Part shown: one piece after another, positions 18,141-27,349 of the stretch
Layout: each line of letters opens with the position of its first letter
How positions within the stretch are numbered: the first letter of the stretch is position 1
DNA from: Bacteroidales bacterium
GTDB lineage: Bacteria > Bacteroidota > Bacteroidia > Bacteroidales > UBA7960
Direction: 5' to 3'
Assembly (NCBI GenBank): GCA_007131125.1
Contig: SLRE01000107.1
Coordinates: forward strand, 1-38,609
DNA: 38,609 nt
Notes under the pieces: generated by a model
Seen by the model: the letters and a program-made list of their open reading frames with translations, nothing else
The model's database searches: none
Told to the model about the DNA's origin: nothing
Program-made: the position numbers and the translations under genes

Positions 18141-18808
18141 AACAATATAAAGGTCAGCCCCACCGAAAACGGGTTCATTTCTTCGGCATTATTTCCTGAA
18201 AACACATCGGTAAGGGGCATATAGGCATTCAGGGTAACCCTGCCGTATCCTATTCTTCCGGTAATTCCAAAGCGAAATTTTTCAATTTGCTCAAGCCTGT
18301 GTTCCTTGAATTTGATATCATGGCCGAATACCTCATCTTCTCCCACAAACTTGGTGTGGGCATTTATCAGGTATCCGCCTTTAATGCCGGCATGGATGCG
18401 GAATGTATGGGGCAGGGTACGGGTTCTGAAGCGCAACTCAACCGGGACATCAAGATAGTTAAGGCTTATTTTGTTTTTGTCGTAATCTGCCTCAATCGGC
18501 TCGAAATTGTAAGTATCGGTATCCGGGTCATAAATATAGTAATGGTCGCTATAGAGGTTGTGGCTGGCAAAACCCAGACCGGTAGCGACGCTGAAATTGG
18601 AAGTTCCTAAAACAAAATCCTGGAGAATGTATATTCCCACCCCACGGTTGATGGTATTCATATCCATGTTGGCAGGTTCATTCTGCCAAACGTCGGTAAA
18701 CAGGTCCAGCAAAAAGCGTTCGGATGGGCGCATCCGAACCGGATTGCTGGCAAAGGCCGTATTGCCCAACAAAATTAAGGCAACAAATACAATCAATGTC
18801 CTTTTCAT
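18137..18808 (-). CDS. Small outer-membrane beta-barrel protein (porin-family/PorT-like)
   Basis: The signal peptide is MKRTLIVFVALILLGNTAFA. The body shows an alternating amphipathic strand pattern, and the C-terminus is ...VGLTFILF. Confidence 0.65.
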   Translation of the reverse strand: MKRTLIVFVALILLGNTAFASNPVRMRPSERFLLDLFTDVWQNEPANMDMNTINRGVGIYILQDFVLGTSNFSVATGLGFASHNLYSDHYYIYDPDTDTYNFEPIEADYDKNKISLNYLDVPVELRFRTRTLPHTFRIHAGIKGGYLINAHTKFVGEDEVFGHDIKFKEHRLEQIEKFRFGITGRIGYGRVTLNAYMPLTDVFSGNNAEEMNPFSVGLTFILF

Positions 18809-18935
18809 TTTGGATTCTTTTGGTTAAAAAATGTTTCAAAAACCTGAAAACGGTGATGGTATTAAAATTACAAAAAAACGCAAACACCGCGATAAAACTT
18901 CCTTAGCTCTAAAACAGTGCCAAAGGGAAAAAGTT

Positions 18936-19898
18936 TTATTGGTTATTTTTATCTGCCTTGTTAATATGGGGCTGAAACGATTTCCAGTAGGTCATATCTA
19001 CTGAGGCTTTTTCGCCGTCTGCAAGGATATGGGAATATAAACTTTTAAACTCTTCGAACCCATGTCGGAAATGTGCTTCCATTACTTCCACCATTTCGGG
19101 GGTATAGGATTTTTTTAACATGCCGGTGATTAAAAACCCCGGCAGGTAAAACAGGTTAAAGGGAAAAACTCCGAATGGACTCCAGCCCTTGCTGAGGCAA
19201 ACCTTAAAGCCTTCTTTTATGGCCCTGCCAGAGTGGCTTACCAGCTTTTTATTTTCTGCAAAACTTCTTACACTTCCTGCTTTAGTGGCGGCCCCGAAGG
19301 TTGCCGTTTGCCAGACTACCTGTGATTTGATCCATGAATTGATCCTGTGGGTGGATGCCGGACGCAAACCGGCGGCCTCCATTATTTTCATGACCTCTTT
19401 CAGGCGGGGAGTGGATTGACCGTTTGGCTCACCGATCATTGTATTTCCCCTGCCGAAAAGGTAAGTGTTTACGGAGTTTTCCGTGCGCCCCCCTCCGGTC
19501 ATGCCCGGATAACCAAGCAGGTACCTGCCTTTTGGAAAATGTTTTTTGATGTAACCGGTTTCATTCCACATATTACCTAAAAACAACACGTGGGCATCCC
19601 CTGAATATTTGGAGATGTATGGTACGGCATCTTTAAGCTGAAAATTTTTTATGGCAACAATGATCAAATCAAACGGACGTCTTGGATCAAGACGGTCAAT
19701 GGTTTGAGGCCGGAAAACGGTTTGCTCATATTCCTTTTTCTTATCCCTCATATCGGTGCAGGCAATGGTAATGCCCGAATGGCTGTATCTTACCAGGCGT
19801 TGCTTTCGCACCAGCAGGCTCACATCATACCCGGCTTCTGACAACTGCCATGCAAAGGTGGTGCCAATCACCCCGGCTCCAAATACCAATATTTTCAT
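18936..19898 (-). CDS. NAD(P)-binding oxidoreductase, ketopantoate reductase (ApbA/PanE) family
   Basis: The N-terminal Rossmann motif is MKILVFGAGVIGTTFAWQLSEAGYDVSLLVR. The length and central region are consistent with the ApbA family. The substrate is unknown. Confidence 0.65.
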   Translation of the reverse strand: MKILVFGAGVIGTTFAWQLSEAGYDVSLLVRKQRLVRYSHSGITIACTDMRDKKKEYEQTVFRPQTIDRLDPRRPFDLIIVAIKNFQLKDAVPYISKYSGDAHVLFLGNMWNETGYIKKHFPKGRYLLGYPGMTGGGRTENSVNTYLFGRGNTMIGEPNGQSTPRLKEVMKIMEAAGLRPASTHRINSWIKSQVVWQTATFGAATKAGSVRSFAENKKLVSHSGRAIKEGFKVCLSKGWSPFGVFPFNLFYLPGFLITGMLKKSYTPEMVEVMEAHFRHGFEEFKSLYSHILADGEKASVDMTYWKSFQPHINKADKNNQ

Positions 19899-20031
19899 AA
19901 ATAATTGGTTTAATTTTTATCTATGACAAAAATATAAACACTAATCCATTAAATGACATTTTTTTTGGGAAATACCCTTTTGCAGGAAGGTTTTATTAAT
20001 TTTACATGGTTCGAGGAACCTTTGCAATACC

Positions 20032-22137
20032 ATGAACCAGGATTACCTGAGTACATCCATAGAGTTTTTAAAAGGAGTAGGTCCCCAGAGGGGAGATCAA
20101 CTGAAGCAGGAAGCCGGGATTTACACTTTCGGGGACTTGCTTGAGTTTTTTCCTTTCCGCTATATCGACCGGAGCAAGTTTTACAAGATCCGCGAAACAA
20201 CCCCGGATATGCCTTATGTTCAGATCAGGGGTTATATTTCAGACATTCAGCTTCACGGGCACAGGCGCACTACACGCATGACAGCCACTTTGAGCGATGA
20301 GACCGGAAGCATGGAGCTGGTATGGTTCAGGGGTTTTAAATGGTTAAAGAACAGCTTTAAAAAAGAGGTGGAATATATCGTTTTTGGCAAACCCACCCTT
20401 TTTGGCAGGAAATATAATATTGCCCATCCTGAGGTTGAGCCGGTTACACCTGGTGCCATTAACCAGGAATCGGCCATGCAGCCTGTATACAACTCTTCTG
20501 AGAAGTTGCGGGCAAAAGGGCTGGACAGCAAAGGGTTAGGGCGGCTTTTGAAAACCCTTTTGCCACAGGCACGGCCCCATATCAGGGAAACCCTTCCTGA
20601 AGAGGTTTTGCGCCCCCTGAGGTTACCCGGGCGCAAAGAAGCCCTTACCAATGTGCATTTTCCATCTGACCCCCAGTCCCTGCGCAAGGCAAGGGCCCGG
20701 CTGAAGTTTGAAGAGCTTTTTTACATTCAGCTCAACCTGCTGCGGCACAAGCAGATCAGGCTGCAAAAAACCGGGGGACACATCTTTAAGAAAATCGGAG
20801 AAAACTTCAACACCTTTTATCACCAGGGGTTTTCTTTTGAGCTGACCGGTGCCCAGAAAAGAGTGCTGAAGGAGATCCGCCAGGACACCCTCTCAGGCAA
20901 GCAGATGAACCGGCTGCTTCAGGGTGATGTGGGAAGCGGCAAGACAGTTGTTGCGGTAATGGCTCTGCTGATGGCTTTGGACAATGGTTTCCAGGGTTGC
21001 CTGATGGCTCCTACTGAAATATTGGCTTTCCAGCATTTTGAATCGGTATCCAACATGCTGAAAAACCAGGGTGTAAAAGTGGGCCTGCTGACCGGGTCAA
21101 CCAAAACAGCCCAAAGAAAGGAGTTGTTGAAAGCCCTGAAGGAGGGGGAACTGAAAATCCTGATTGGCACCCATGCCCTTATTGAAGATGTAGTGCAGTT
21201 TGAGCGTCTTGGCATGGTGGTGGTAGATGAACAACACCGGTTTGGTGTAGCCCAGAGGGCCAAATTATGGGCCAAAGGCAAAGTGCCACCCCATGTTTTG
21301 GTAATGACCGCTACACCCATTCCGCGTACTCTGGCCATGACCCTTTATGGTGACCTGGATGTTTCGGTAATTGACGAGCTGCCCCCCGGACGAAAGCCCA
21401 TTAAAACCGTTCATCAATACGATGCCAACCGCTTAAAGGTTTTTGGATTCATGCGTGAACAGATCAGGCAGGGGAGGCAGATTTACGTTGTATATCCGTT
21501 GATCAATGAGTCTGAAAAACTGGACCTGAAAGACCTTCAGGATGGATACGAAAGCATTGTGCGGGAGTTTCCCCTGCCGGATTATGCGGTAAGCATTGTG
21601 CACGGCAAAATGAAACATACGGAGAAGGACTATGAGATGCAGCGGTTTGTAAAGGGAAAAACCCATATAATGGTAGCCACTACAGTAATAGAGGTGGGGA
21701 TTGATGTGCCCAATGCTTCGGTAATGGTTATCGAAAGCGCCGAGCGTTTTGGTTTGTCGCAGCTGCATCAGCTGAGGGGCCGGGTAGGGCGCGGGGCCGA
21801 TCAGTCTTATTGTATCCTGATGTCAAAAACCGAATTGAGCAATGATGCCCGTAAACGGTTGCAAACCATGGTAAGATCAACCGACGGGTTTGAAATTGCC
21901 GAAACGGACCTTCAGCTCAGGGGGCCTGGCGATATACAGGGTACCCAGCAGAGCGGCATCCTGGATTTAAAAATTGCCGACCTTGCAAAAGATGAACCGA
22001 TTTTAAAACATGCCCGCCAACAGGCTATTGAAATTCTTACCCAGGACCCTTCTCTCTCCCTACCTTCCAACAAGGTTATACTGCGCAGGTTAAAAGAGCT
22101 TTACCACGATAAGCTTTTTTGGAGCAGGATAAGTTGA
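20032..22137 (+). CDS. recG: ATP-dependent DNA helicase RecG
   Basis: A wedge domain is followed by SF2 helicase motifs (LLQGDVGSGKT, VVDEQHRFG, MTATPIPRT, HGKMK, TTVIEVGIDVPNA, QLHQLRGRVGRG). Confidence 0.97.
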   Translation: MNQDYLSTSIEFLKGVGPQRGDQLKQEAGIYTFGDLLEFFPFRYIDRSKFYKIRETTPDMPYVQIRGYISDIQLHGHRRTTRMTATLSDETGSMELVWFRGFKWLKNSFKKEVEYIVFGKPTLFGRKYNIAHPEVEPVTPGAINQESAMQPVYNSSEKLRAKGLDSKGLGRLLKTLLPQARPHIRETLPEEVLRPLRLPGRKEALTNVHFPSDPQSLRKARARLKFEELFYIQLNLLRHKQIRLQKTGGHIFKKIGENFNTFYHQGFSFELTGAQKRVLKEIRQDTLSGKQMNRLLQGDVGSGKTVVAVMALLMALDNGFQGCLMAPTEILAFQHFESVSNMLKNQGVKVGLLTGSTKTAQRKELLKALKEGELKILIGTHALIEDVVQFERLGMVVVDEQHRFGVAQRAKLWAKGKVPPHVLVMTATPIPRTLAMTLYGDLDVSVIDELPPGRKPIKTVHQYDANRLKVFGFMREQIRQGRQIYVVYPLINESEKLDLKDLQDGYESIVREFPLPDYAVSIVHGKMKHTEKDYEMQRFVKGKTHIMVATTVIEVGIDVPNASVMVIESAERFGLSQLHQLRGRVGRGADQSYCILMSKTELSNDARKRLQTMVRSTDGFEIAETDLQLRGPGDIQGTQQSGILDLKIADLAKDEPILKHARQQAIEILTQDPSLSLPSNKVILRRLKELYHDKLFWSRIS

Positions 22138-22144
22138 AAAATCC

Positions 22145-22178
22145 AAAAAAAACCGCTGCAGAATTTTTCCTGCAGCGG
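22145..22178 (-). terminator. Rho-independent terminator for tonB (in the convergent recG/tonB gap)
   Basis: 9-bp stem CCGCTGCAG (22153-22161) / CTGCAGCGG (22170-22178). On the minus strand it is followed by T8 (plus-strand A8 at 22145-22152). Confidence 0.75.
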
Positions 22179-22205
22179 CTAAAACAAGTGTTTTGGTGGT
22201 ATTTG

Positions 22206-22880
22206 TTAGTTCAGTATAAACCTTACGGGCATGTTAAACTGTACCCTTACAGGCTGGCCCCTCTGGCGTCCGGGCTCCCATCTTGGCATATTTTCAACGG
22301 CACGGACAGCAGCTTCGTCACAGCCACCGCCAATACCGCGAAGAACACGCACATTGGTAATGGACCCATCGGGTTCAACTACGAAGGTTAAGAACACAGT
22401 ACCCTGAATACCAGCTTCGCGTGCCATGGTAGGATACCTGAGGTTTTCCTCCAGATACCTTCTGCGGGCTTCTTCCCCTCCGGGGAATGAAGGCTGGTCC
22501 TCCACAACGGTAAAGATTACATCTTCATCTACTTCCTCTTCTTCAACCACAACAGGGGTAAATTCCCGGATTTCTGTGGTTGCAGTTGCTTCCACGTCAA
22601 TGGTAAACTCTTCTTCAATGTCCACATCGTCATCAACGATGATCAACTCCTGTGAAGGCTCCGGAGGTGGGGGTGGTGGGGGCTGCTCCGGCCGGGTGAT
22701 CGGGATATCCTCTTCCTCGATAAAGTCCAGGTCGAGCGTACCCAGATCGAACTCTGGCCGTTCGTATTGTCTCCATTCAAAAGCGACCAGGGCCCCAACA
22801 AGCGCAAGAGCAATTCCTATCTGGAGGAAAATGCGCCTTTTGTTTTCAAGGTCCGCTTTTGGTGATTTTTTTGCTTCCAT
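22206..22880 (-). CDS. tonB: Energy transducer TonB
   Basis: An N-terminal TM anchor is followed by the proline-rich spacer PEQPPPPPPPEP, an acidic linker and a C-terminal TonB domain (PSFPGG...YPTMAREAGIQGTVFLTFVVEPDGSITNVRVLRG). Confidence 0.9.
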   Translation of the reverse strand: MEAKKSPKADLENKRRIFLQIGIALALVGALVAFEWRQYERPEFDLGTLDLDFIEEEDIPITRPEQPPPPPPPEPSQELIIVDDDVDIEEEFTIDVEATATTEIREFTPVVVEEEEVDEDVIFTVVEDQPSFPGGEEARRRYLEENLRYPTMAREAGIQGTVFLTFVVEPDGSITNVRVLRGIGGGCDEAAVRAVENMPRWEPGRQRGQPVRVQFNMPVRFILN

Positions 22881-22963
22881 AATTATCTGATGTTGTTGGT
22901 TTTTGACTTAGGCCTTTTATGTTGGTTGACCGGCTAAAAGTTTGCTAAGTTACAAATTAATTT

Positions 22964-22989
22964 AAAAAATGGACCCCTTTTCCCGGGGT
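22964..22989 (-). terminator. Weak terminator-like hairpin after the VanZ-family gene
   Basis: On the minus strand ACCCC-GGGAAAA-GGGGT is followed by CCATTTTTT. It starts 2 nt after the stop codon. Confidence 0.35.
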
Positions 22990-22991
22990 AA

Positions 22992-23390
22992 TTAATTTGG
23001 CAAAGGTTTTTTAATCCTTGGTTTTAATGCCCTTGCGAATAAAATTACACCAAAAACTGTTCCAAAGGCATTGGCAATAAAGTCATAAAAATTTCCATGC
23101 CTGCTGCTAAACCAGAAATACTGGAACACTTCGGTGGTAGCCCCGTAAAAAATTCCTATCAGCAAAGCCAGCAGAAAATAGTTTTTTTGAAGGCTGCTCA
23201 GGGGCGATTGTTTAAAAAACCCAAATGACAAAAAAACCGCCAGAACAAAAAACATGATAACATGAATTATTTTGTCAAAATGCGGGATTTTTAGCAATCC
23301 GGCTTTAGGAATGGCACCTGCCGGCAGGCTGATGGCCAGAAAAATCACCACAGACCAAACCAGGGCAGGAATAAAAAACTTCAGGGACAT
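22992..23390 (-). CDS. VanZ-family membrane protein
   Basis: A 132-aa protein with four TM segments. The PHFDKIIHVIMFFVL motif and overall layout are typical of VanZ-like proteins. Confidence 0.7.
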   Translation of the reverse strand: MSLKFFIPALVWSVVIFLAISLPAGAIPKAGLLKIPHFDKIIHVIMFFVLAVFLSFGFFKQSPLSSLQKNYFLLALLIGIFYGATTEVFQYFWFSSRHGNFYDFIANAFGTVFGVILFARALKPRIKKPLPN

Positions 23391-23426
23391 TTATTCAGGG
23401 CATTGGGCAAACCTTATCAAAAAAGG

Positions 23427-23807
23427 TTATTCACCAATTAATTCTTTGTATTTTTCTGCTGTGAGCAATTCATCAGCTTCCGAAGGGTCGGAAAGTTTGA
23501 TCTTGATAATCCAGCCTTTCCCGTATGGGTCGTTGTTGACGATGTCGGGGGAAGACTCAAGTTCTTCGTTGAATTCCAGCACTTCACCACTCATGGGCAT
23601 AAAAAGGTCCGAAACGGTTTTTACTGCTTCAATGGTTCCGAAGGTTTCTTCTTTATCAAGGGTTTCTCCTTCAGTGCCAACTTCAATATAAACGATATCG
23701 CCCAGTTCGTTTTGTGCAAAATCGGTTATGCCAATAGTGGCTTCTTCACCTTCTATTTTAACCCATTCATGGTCTTTTGTGTACTTCAGATCGTCTGGAA
23801 TCTTCAT
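23427..23807 (-). CDS. gcvH: Glycine cleavage system protein H
   Basis: YTKDHEWVK...[20 protein letters not shown]...[19 protein letters not shown], with the lipoyl-lysine in the EAVK motif. Confidence 0.97.
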   Translation of the reverse strand: MKIPDDLKYTKDHEWVKIEGEEATIGITDFAQNELGDIVYIEVGTEGETLDKEETFGTIEAVKTVSDLFMPMSGEVLEFNEELESSPDIVNNDPYGKGWIIKIKLSDPSEADELLTAEKYKELIGE

Positions 23808-23854
23808 TTTTTTAATGCTTTTAAAGTGAGAGAATTGTTTGGTTATTCAGGTGC

Positions 23855-23862
23855 CAAAAATA
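23855..23862 (-). promoter_or_regulatory. Candidate -7 promoter box for gcvH
   Basis: Plus-strand CAAAAATA is TATTTTTG on the minus strand, 48 nt upstream of the ATG at 23807. Confidence 0.4.
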
Positions 23863-23903
23863 CAATTTTTTTCAAAGAAAACAGAAATAAGCAGGCAGGG
23901 CAA

Positions 23904-23925
23904 AGGGTTAATTTTTCTTAACCCT
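23904..23925 (-). terminator. Stem-loop at the 3' end of the suf cluster
   Basis: 8-bp stem AGGGTTAA / TTAACCCT with a 6-nt loop, overlapping the TAG stop of the DUF59 gene. No strong U-tract follows. Confidence 0.35.
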
Positions 23926-24247
23926 AAAGCAGGCCGAGTTCAAGCATTGCAGCATCCGACATCATGTCCTTGGTCCATTCGGGGTCAAACACCAGGCGGA
24001 CCTCAGCCTTTTTCACGCCGGGAACTTCCAGAACGGCTTTTTCCACTTCCCGGGGCATGCTGTCAGCCACCGGGCAGTTGGGGTTGGTCAGGGTCATGGT
24101 AATGTTTACCTCGCCCTTCTCCTGCACCTTTATTTCATAGATCAGGCCCAGATCGTAAATGTTAACGGGTATTTCGGGATCGAAAACCGTTTTCAGGGCA
24201 TCCACGATTTTGGATTCCATTTCCAGGTAGTTTTCTTGGGTTGTCAT
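23924..24247 (-). CDS. DUF59/MIP18-family Fe-S assembly protein (SufT-like)
   Basis: The 107-aa protein carries the family signature VFDPEIPVNIYDLGLIYEI ... TLTNPNCPVADSMP. Confidence 0.85.
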   Translation of the reverse strand: MTTQENYLEMESKIVDALKTVFDPEIPVNIYDLGLIYEIKVQEKGEVNITMTLTNPNCPVADSMPREVEKAVLEVPGVKKAEVRLVFDPEWTKDMMSDAAMLELGLL

Positions 24248-24267
24248 AATTATTTTTTATTGCAGGT

Positions 24268-24693
24268 TTATTTTTGCTGTTTTGCTTTAAAGGCCAGGGC
24301 ATACAATTTCATTTGCTTGATCATATTTAACAGTCCATTGGACCGGGTCTGCGACAAATGTTCTTTTAGCCCGATGCGGTCGATGAACTCAAGATCAGCA
24401 TTGACAATATCTTCGGGAGGTTGCCTGGACAAAACCCGGATCAGCAGTGCCACAATGCCTTTGGTGATCAGGGCATCGCTGTCGGCCGAAAACACCACCT
24501 CCCCATTTTTGAATTCAGGCACAAGCCAAACCCTGGCCTGGCAACCCTTGATAAGGTATTTTTCCTGTTTGTTTTCTTCATCCAAACCCGGGAGGGACTT
24601 GCCAATTTCAATAATGTAATTGTATTTGTCCATCCAATCGTCAAACATTTCAAATTCCGAAATGATCTCTTCTTCTTTTTCTTTGATTTTCAT
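24268..24693 (-). CDS. sufE: SufE-family cysteine desulfuration (sulfur acceptor) protein
   Basis: The 141-aa protein has the conserved KGCQARVWL active-site cysteine block and a SufE-like C-terminal half. Confidence 0.9.
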   Translation of the reverse strand: MKIKEKEEEIISEFEMFDDWMDKYNYIIEIGKSLPGLDEENKQEKYLIKGCQARVWLVPEFKNGEVVFSADSDALITKGIVALLIRVLSRQPPEDIVNADLEFIDRIGLKEHLSQTRSNGLLNMIKQMKLYALAFKAKQQK

Positions 24694-24845
24694 AGTGCCA
24701 AAAGGGTGTATTAAGGAAAACTATTAACAAAAAAATTGAACATCCTCAGGAGTAGCATTGCTTAAAAGCAAATTGGTAATTTTTTTATTCTGTTACTTCT
24801 CACTAAAAAATTCAACAAATTTAGCCAAAGGATGTTGAAACGGGT

Positions 24846-25322
24846 CTATTGCATCAGCTCAAGTTTTTCCTGGTCGGACAAACCCAGATCAGTAGCTATC
24901 TTAAAAGGGGTGGGCCGGCTCAGCACCAGGAAAAGCAAAACTATGGCCAGTACCATGATAAGGTTGGTATCGCCTATGAGCATAAAAACCAGGGATACCG
25001 CAATTGCTGTTATCAGTATCATGTACAGCCTTATGGTTAAGGCTTTGCGGTAGTCGGTCATTTTTTCCTCCAGGGATTCGGACTCCCCGATGGCTTTTAT
25101 CTTTTTTTGCGGCCAGCCATAGGCCACCGGAATTAAAATAATGGCAATGCCAATGGCAATGGATTTGAGCACGGTAAACAGTTCCGGGTCTTTTTGCAGG
25201 AGCGATTCTGCATTGCTTACAACCAGGGAAGCCAAAATCAGAATGATGATAAAAGAGAAAAAAACAATGCTGTAGAGCCGGTTAAGGAACTTTAGCTGGT
25301 TGGCAGGTTTTTGGTTTTGCAT
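24846..25322 (-). CDS. Hypothetical integral membrane protein (about four TM helices)
   Basis: The 158-aa product has hydrophobic segments IVFFSFIIILILASLVV, IAIGIAIILIPVAYGW, LYMILITAIAVSLVFMLIG and IMVLAIVLLFLVL. The start lies 12 nt after the stop of the upstream OMP gene. Confidence 0.55.
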   Translation of the reverse strand: MQNQKPANQLKFLNRLYSIVFFSFIIILILASLVVSNAESLLQKDPELFTVLKSIAIGIAIILIPVAYGWPQKKIKAIGESESLEEKMTDYRKALTIRLYMILITAIAVSLVFMLIGDTNLIMVLAIVLLFLVLSRPTPFKIATDLGLSDQEKLELMQ

Positions 25323-25334
25323 GTAAAAGTTCTT

Positions 25335-26108
25335 TTAAAAAGAATAGGTGATTCCATTTCGCAAGGTATAAAAAAGTTTTGGAATGTCTTCCAGGGGGTG
25401 GGAATCATATGCCAGGTCGAAAACTGCTTCGAAGGAAAAATTCTCAGAAATTTTGAAGTTCAGGGAGGTTTCGCTGGCAAGGCGAAACTCGCTGAAAGCA
25501 GCAAGGTCGGGCTGGTAGTATGTGGTGTGCGAAAAGTTGAGCTGCTCATTCAGGTCAATGCCGGCAGAAAGGTAAAGGTTACCTTTTAATTTGCTTGTAC
25601 GGGTTTGTTCCTCATCACTGAAAAGCTCATTCTCATATATGGCAAGCGGGGCGAGGAAAAGCCTGAAGTTTTCATTTTCAAACACCTTGAAGCGGGGCCC
25701 TCCCCCAAGTAAAAATCTTCTTTGGAGCAGACGTATGGAGTTGTATTGATGCTGTGTTAGGGCTTCAAGGGTAAGCAGATCAGGGATAAGGTCGTAATTG
25801 TATCGCAGGTGCTGAAAACCGTTGTTGATGAGGTTGTCTCCTTCCACCCTCATATAGCCGATATTATTTATTGCCAAAATGGTATGCGCATTTTTATGGT
25901 ATTGCAAGTGGGTCTGGTTGTTGGCCTGAAAGATTTGTTTGGTATTCTGTGTCAGAGAAAGAGTAACCCCGACAGCACCCTGGAATCCTTCTTTTTTGTC
26001 CTTGCGCACCTTTTCGATATTCACCAGCTGGGCCTGTGAGGAGAAACACAACAATACCAGCAAGGCCAGTGTGGAAAACGCAGATTTTACGGAAAAAAGA
26101 AAAAACAT
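25335..26108 (-). CDS. Outer-membrane beta-barrel protein (possibly DUF481-like)
   Basis: A signal peptide ends in SSQAQ. Alternating aromatic/polar strands follow, and the C-terminus is ...NGITYSF. The start lies 11 nt after the sufS stop. The family assignment is from memory of the sequence style only. Confidence 0.6.
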   Translation of the reverse strand: MFFLFSVKSAFSTLALLVLLCFSSQAQLVNIEKVRKDKKEGFQGAVGVTLSLTQNTKQIFQANNQTHLQYHKNAHTILAINNIGYMRVEGDNLINNGFQHLRYNYDLIPDLLTLEALTQHQYNSIRLLQRRFLLGGGPRFKVFENENFRLFLAPLAIYENELFSDEEQTRTSKLKGNLYLSAGIDLNEQLNFSHTTYYQPDLAAFSEFRLASETSLNFKISENFSFEAVFDLAYDSHPLEDIPKLFYTLRNGITYSF

Positions 26109-26119
26109 ATCAAAGTAGT

Positions 26120-27340
26120 TTAAGCGAACATTTCCCTGACCTTTTCCAGTGCTTCCACCAGGGTGTCGATCTCTTCTTTGGTATTATAAACGGCCAGTGA
26201 TGCCCTTACAGTACCGGGGATGTTGAAAAAGTCCATAACGGGCTGGGCACAATGGTGTCCGGTTCTCACGGCGATGCCCAGTTTGTCGAGTATGGTTCCG
26301 GTATCGTAGGGGTGGATGTCCTCAAAAAGGAAAGAAACCACGCTGGTGCGGTGGCCGGCATTTCCAACAAACCGTATCTTTTCGAATTTCCCTAATTTAT
26401 CAAGGGCATAGTTCAGCAGTTCCTTTTCATGGGCAGCAATGTTTTCGTGCCTCAGGTAAGATATAAATTTTACTGCTGCTTCCATTCCAAGCACATCGCC
26501 AACATTGGGAGTGCCGGCTTCAAACTTAAAAGGCAGTTCGTTGTAGGTGGTTTTTTCGAAGGTTACCTCCTTTATCATTTCTCCACCGCCCTGGTAGGGA
26601 GGCATTTTTTCGAGCCACTCTTCTTTTCCGTAAAGCACACCCACGCCCATGGGGCCATACATTTTGTGACCGGAGAAACAATAAAAATCGCAATTCAGTT
26701 CCTGCACGTCAACCTTCATATGGGGGATGGCCTGCGCTCCGTCTATGAGTACCGGGATGTCCTTGCTGTGGGCTGCTTCAATCATTTCCTTTACCGGGTT
26801 TACCGTACCCAGCGAATTGCTCACATGGGTGATAGCTACCAGGCGGGTTTTTTCATTGAGCATTTTTTGGTATTCTTCCAGGATAAGTTCCCCTTTTTCG
26901 TTGATGGGTATTACTTTAAGTGTGGCATCCCGCTCTTCGCAGGCAATTTGCCAGGGAACGATGTTGGAGTGGTGCTCCAGGGCCGAAATGATGACCTCAT
27001 CTCCCGGACGGATAAATTTTTTGCCAAAAGAAGAGGCCACCAGGTTAATGGCTTCGGTGGTACCCCTTGTAAAAATAATTTCATGCTGATGGGGCGCATT
27101 GATAAAGCTGGCTACCGTTTTGCGGGCATCCTCGTAAGCTTCGGTGGCTTTTTGGCTCAGATAATGCGCACCCCGGTGTATATTGCTGTTTTCGTTGTAA
27201 TAATATTCGGTCAGCCGGTCAACCACCGATTTGGGTTTGTGTGTGGTGGCGGCATTGTCGAAATAAATGAGTTGCCGGCCATTGACGGTCTGATTCAGTA
27301 TGGGAAATTCTTTGCGAAGCTGTTTTATATTAAGGGCCAT
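26120..27340 (-). CDS. sufS: Cysteine desulfurase SufS (group II, PLP-dependent)
   Basis: IYFDNAATT, TRGTTEAINLV, ALEHHSNIVPW, FSGHKMYGP (PLP lysine) and RTGHHCAQP (active-site Cys). Confidence 0.97.
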   Translation of the reverse strand: MALNIKQLRKEFPILNQTVNGRQLIYFDNAATTHKPKSVVDRLTEYYYNENSNIHRGAHYLSQKATEAYEDARKTVASFINAPHQHEIIFTRGTTEAINLVASSFGKKFIRPGDEVIISALEHHSNIVPWQIACEERDATLKVIPINEKGELILEEYQKMLNEKTRLVAITHVSNSLGTVNPVKEMIEAAHSKDIPVLIDGAQAIPHMKVDVQELNCDFYCFSGHKMYGPMGVGVLYGKEEWLEKMPPYQGGGEMIKEVTFEKTTYNELPFKFEAGTPNVGDVLGMEAAVKFISYLRHENIAAHEKELLNYALDKLGKFEKIRFVGNAGHRTSVVSFLFEDIHPYDTGTILDKLGIAVRTGHHCAQPVMDFFNIPGTVRASLAVYNTKEEIDTLVEALEKVREMFA

Positions 27341-27349
27341 AATTACCTT

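Noticed and set aside
22426-22890. Serine/glycine-rich 154-aa ORF
   Set aside because: It is antisense to tonB. The S/G runs are the complement of the TonB proline- and glutamate-rich spacer.
23851-23856. A sigma-54 -24-like TGGCAC on the minus strand upstream of gcvH, noticed because rpoN is in the window
   Set aside because: No TTGC -12 element lies at the required spacing (the sequence is TGGCAC-CTGAA-TAAC). The hexamer abuts (shares one base with) a good sigma-A-type TAnnTTTG box. The other TGGCAC occurrences (for example 17265 and 15786) are intragenic and also lack a correctly spaced -12 element.
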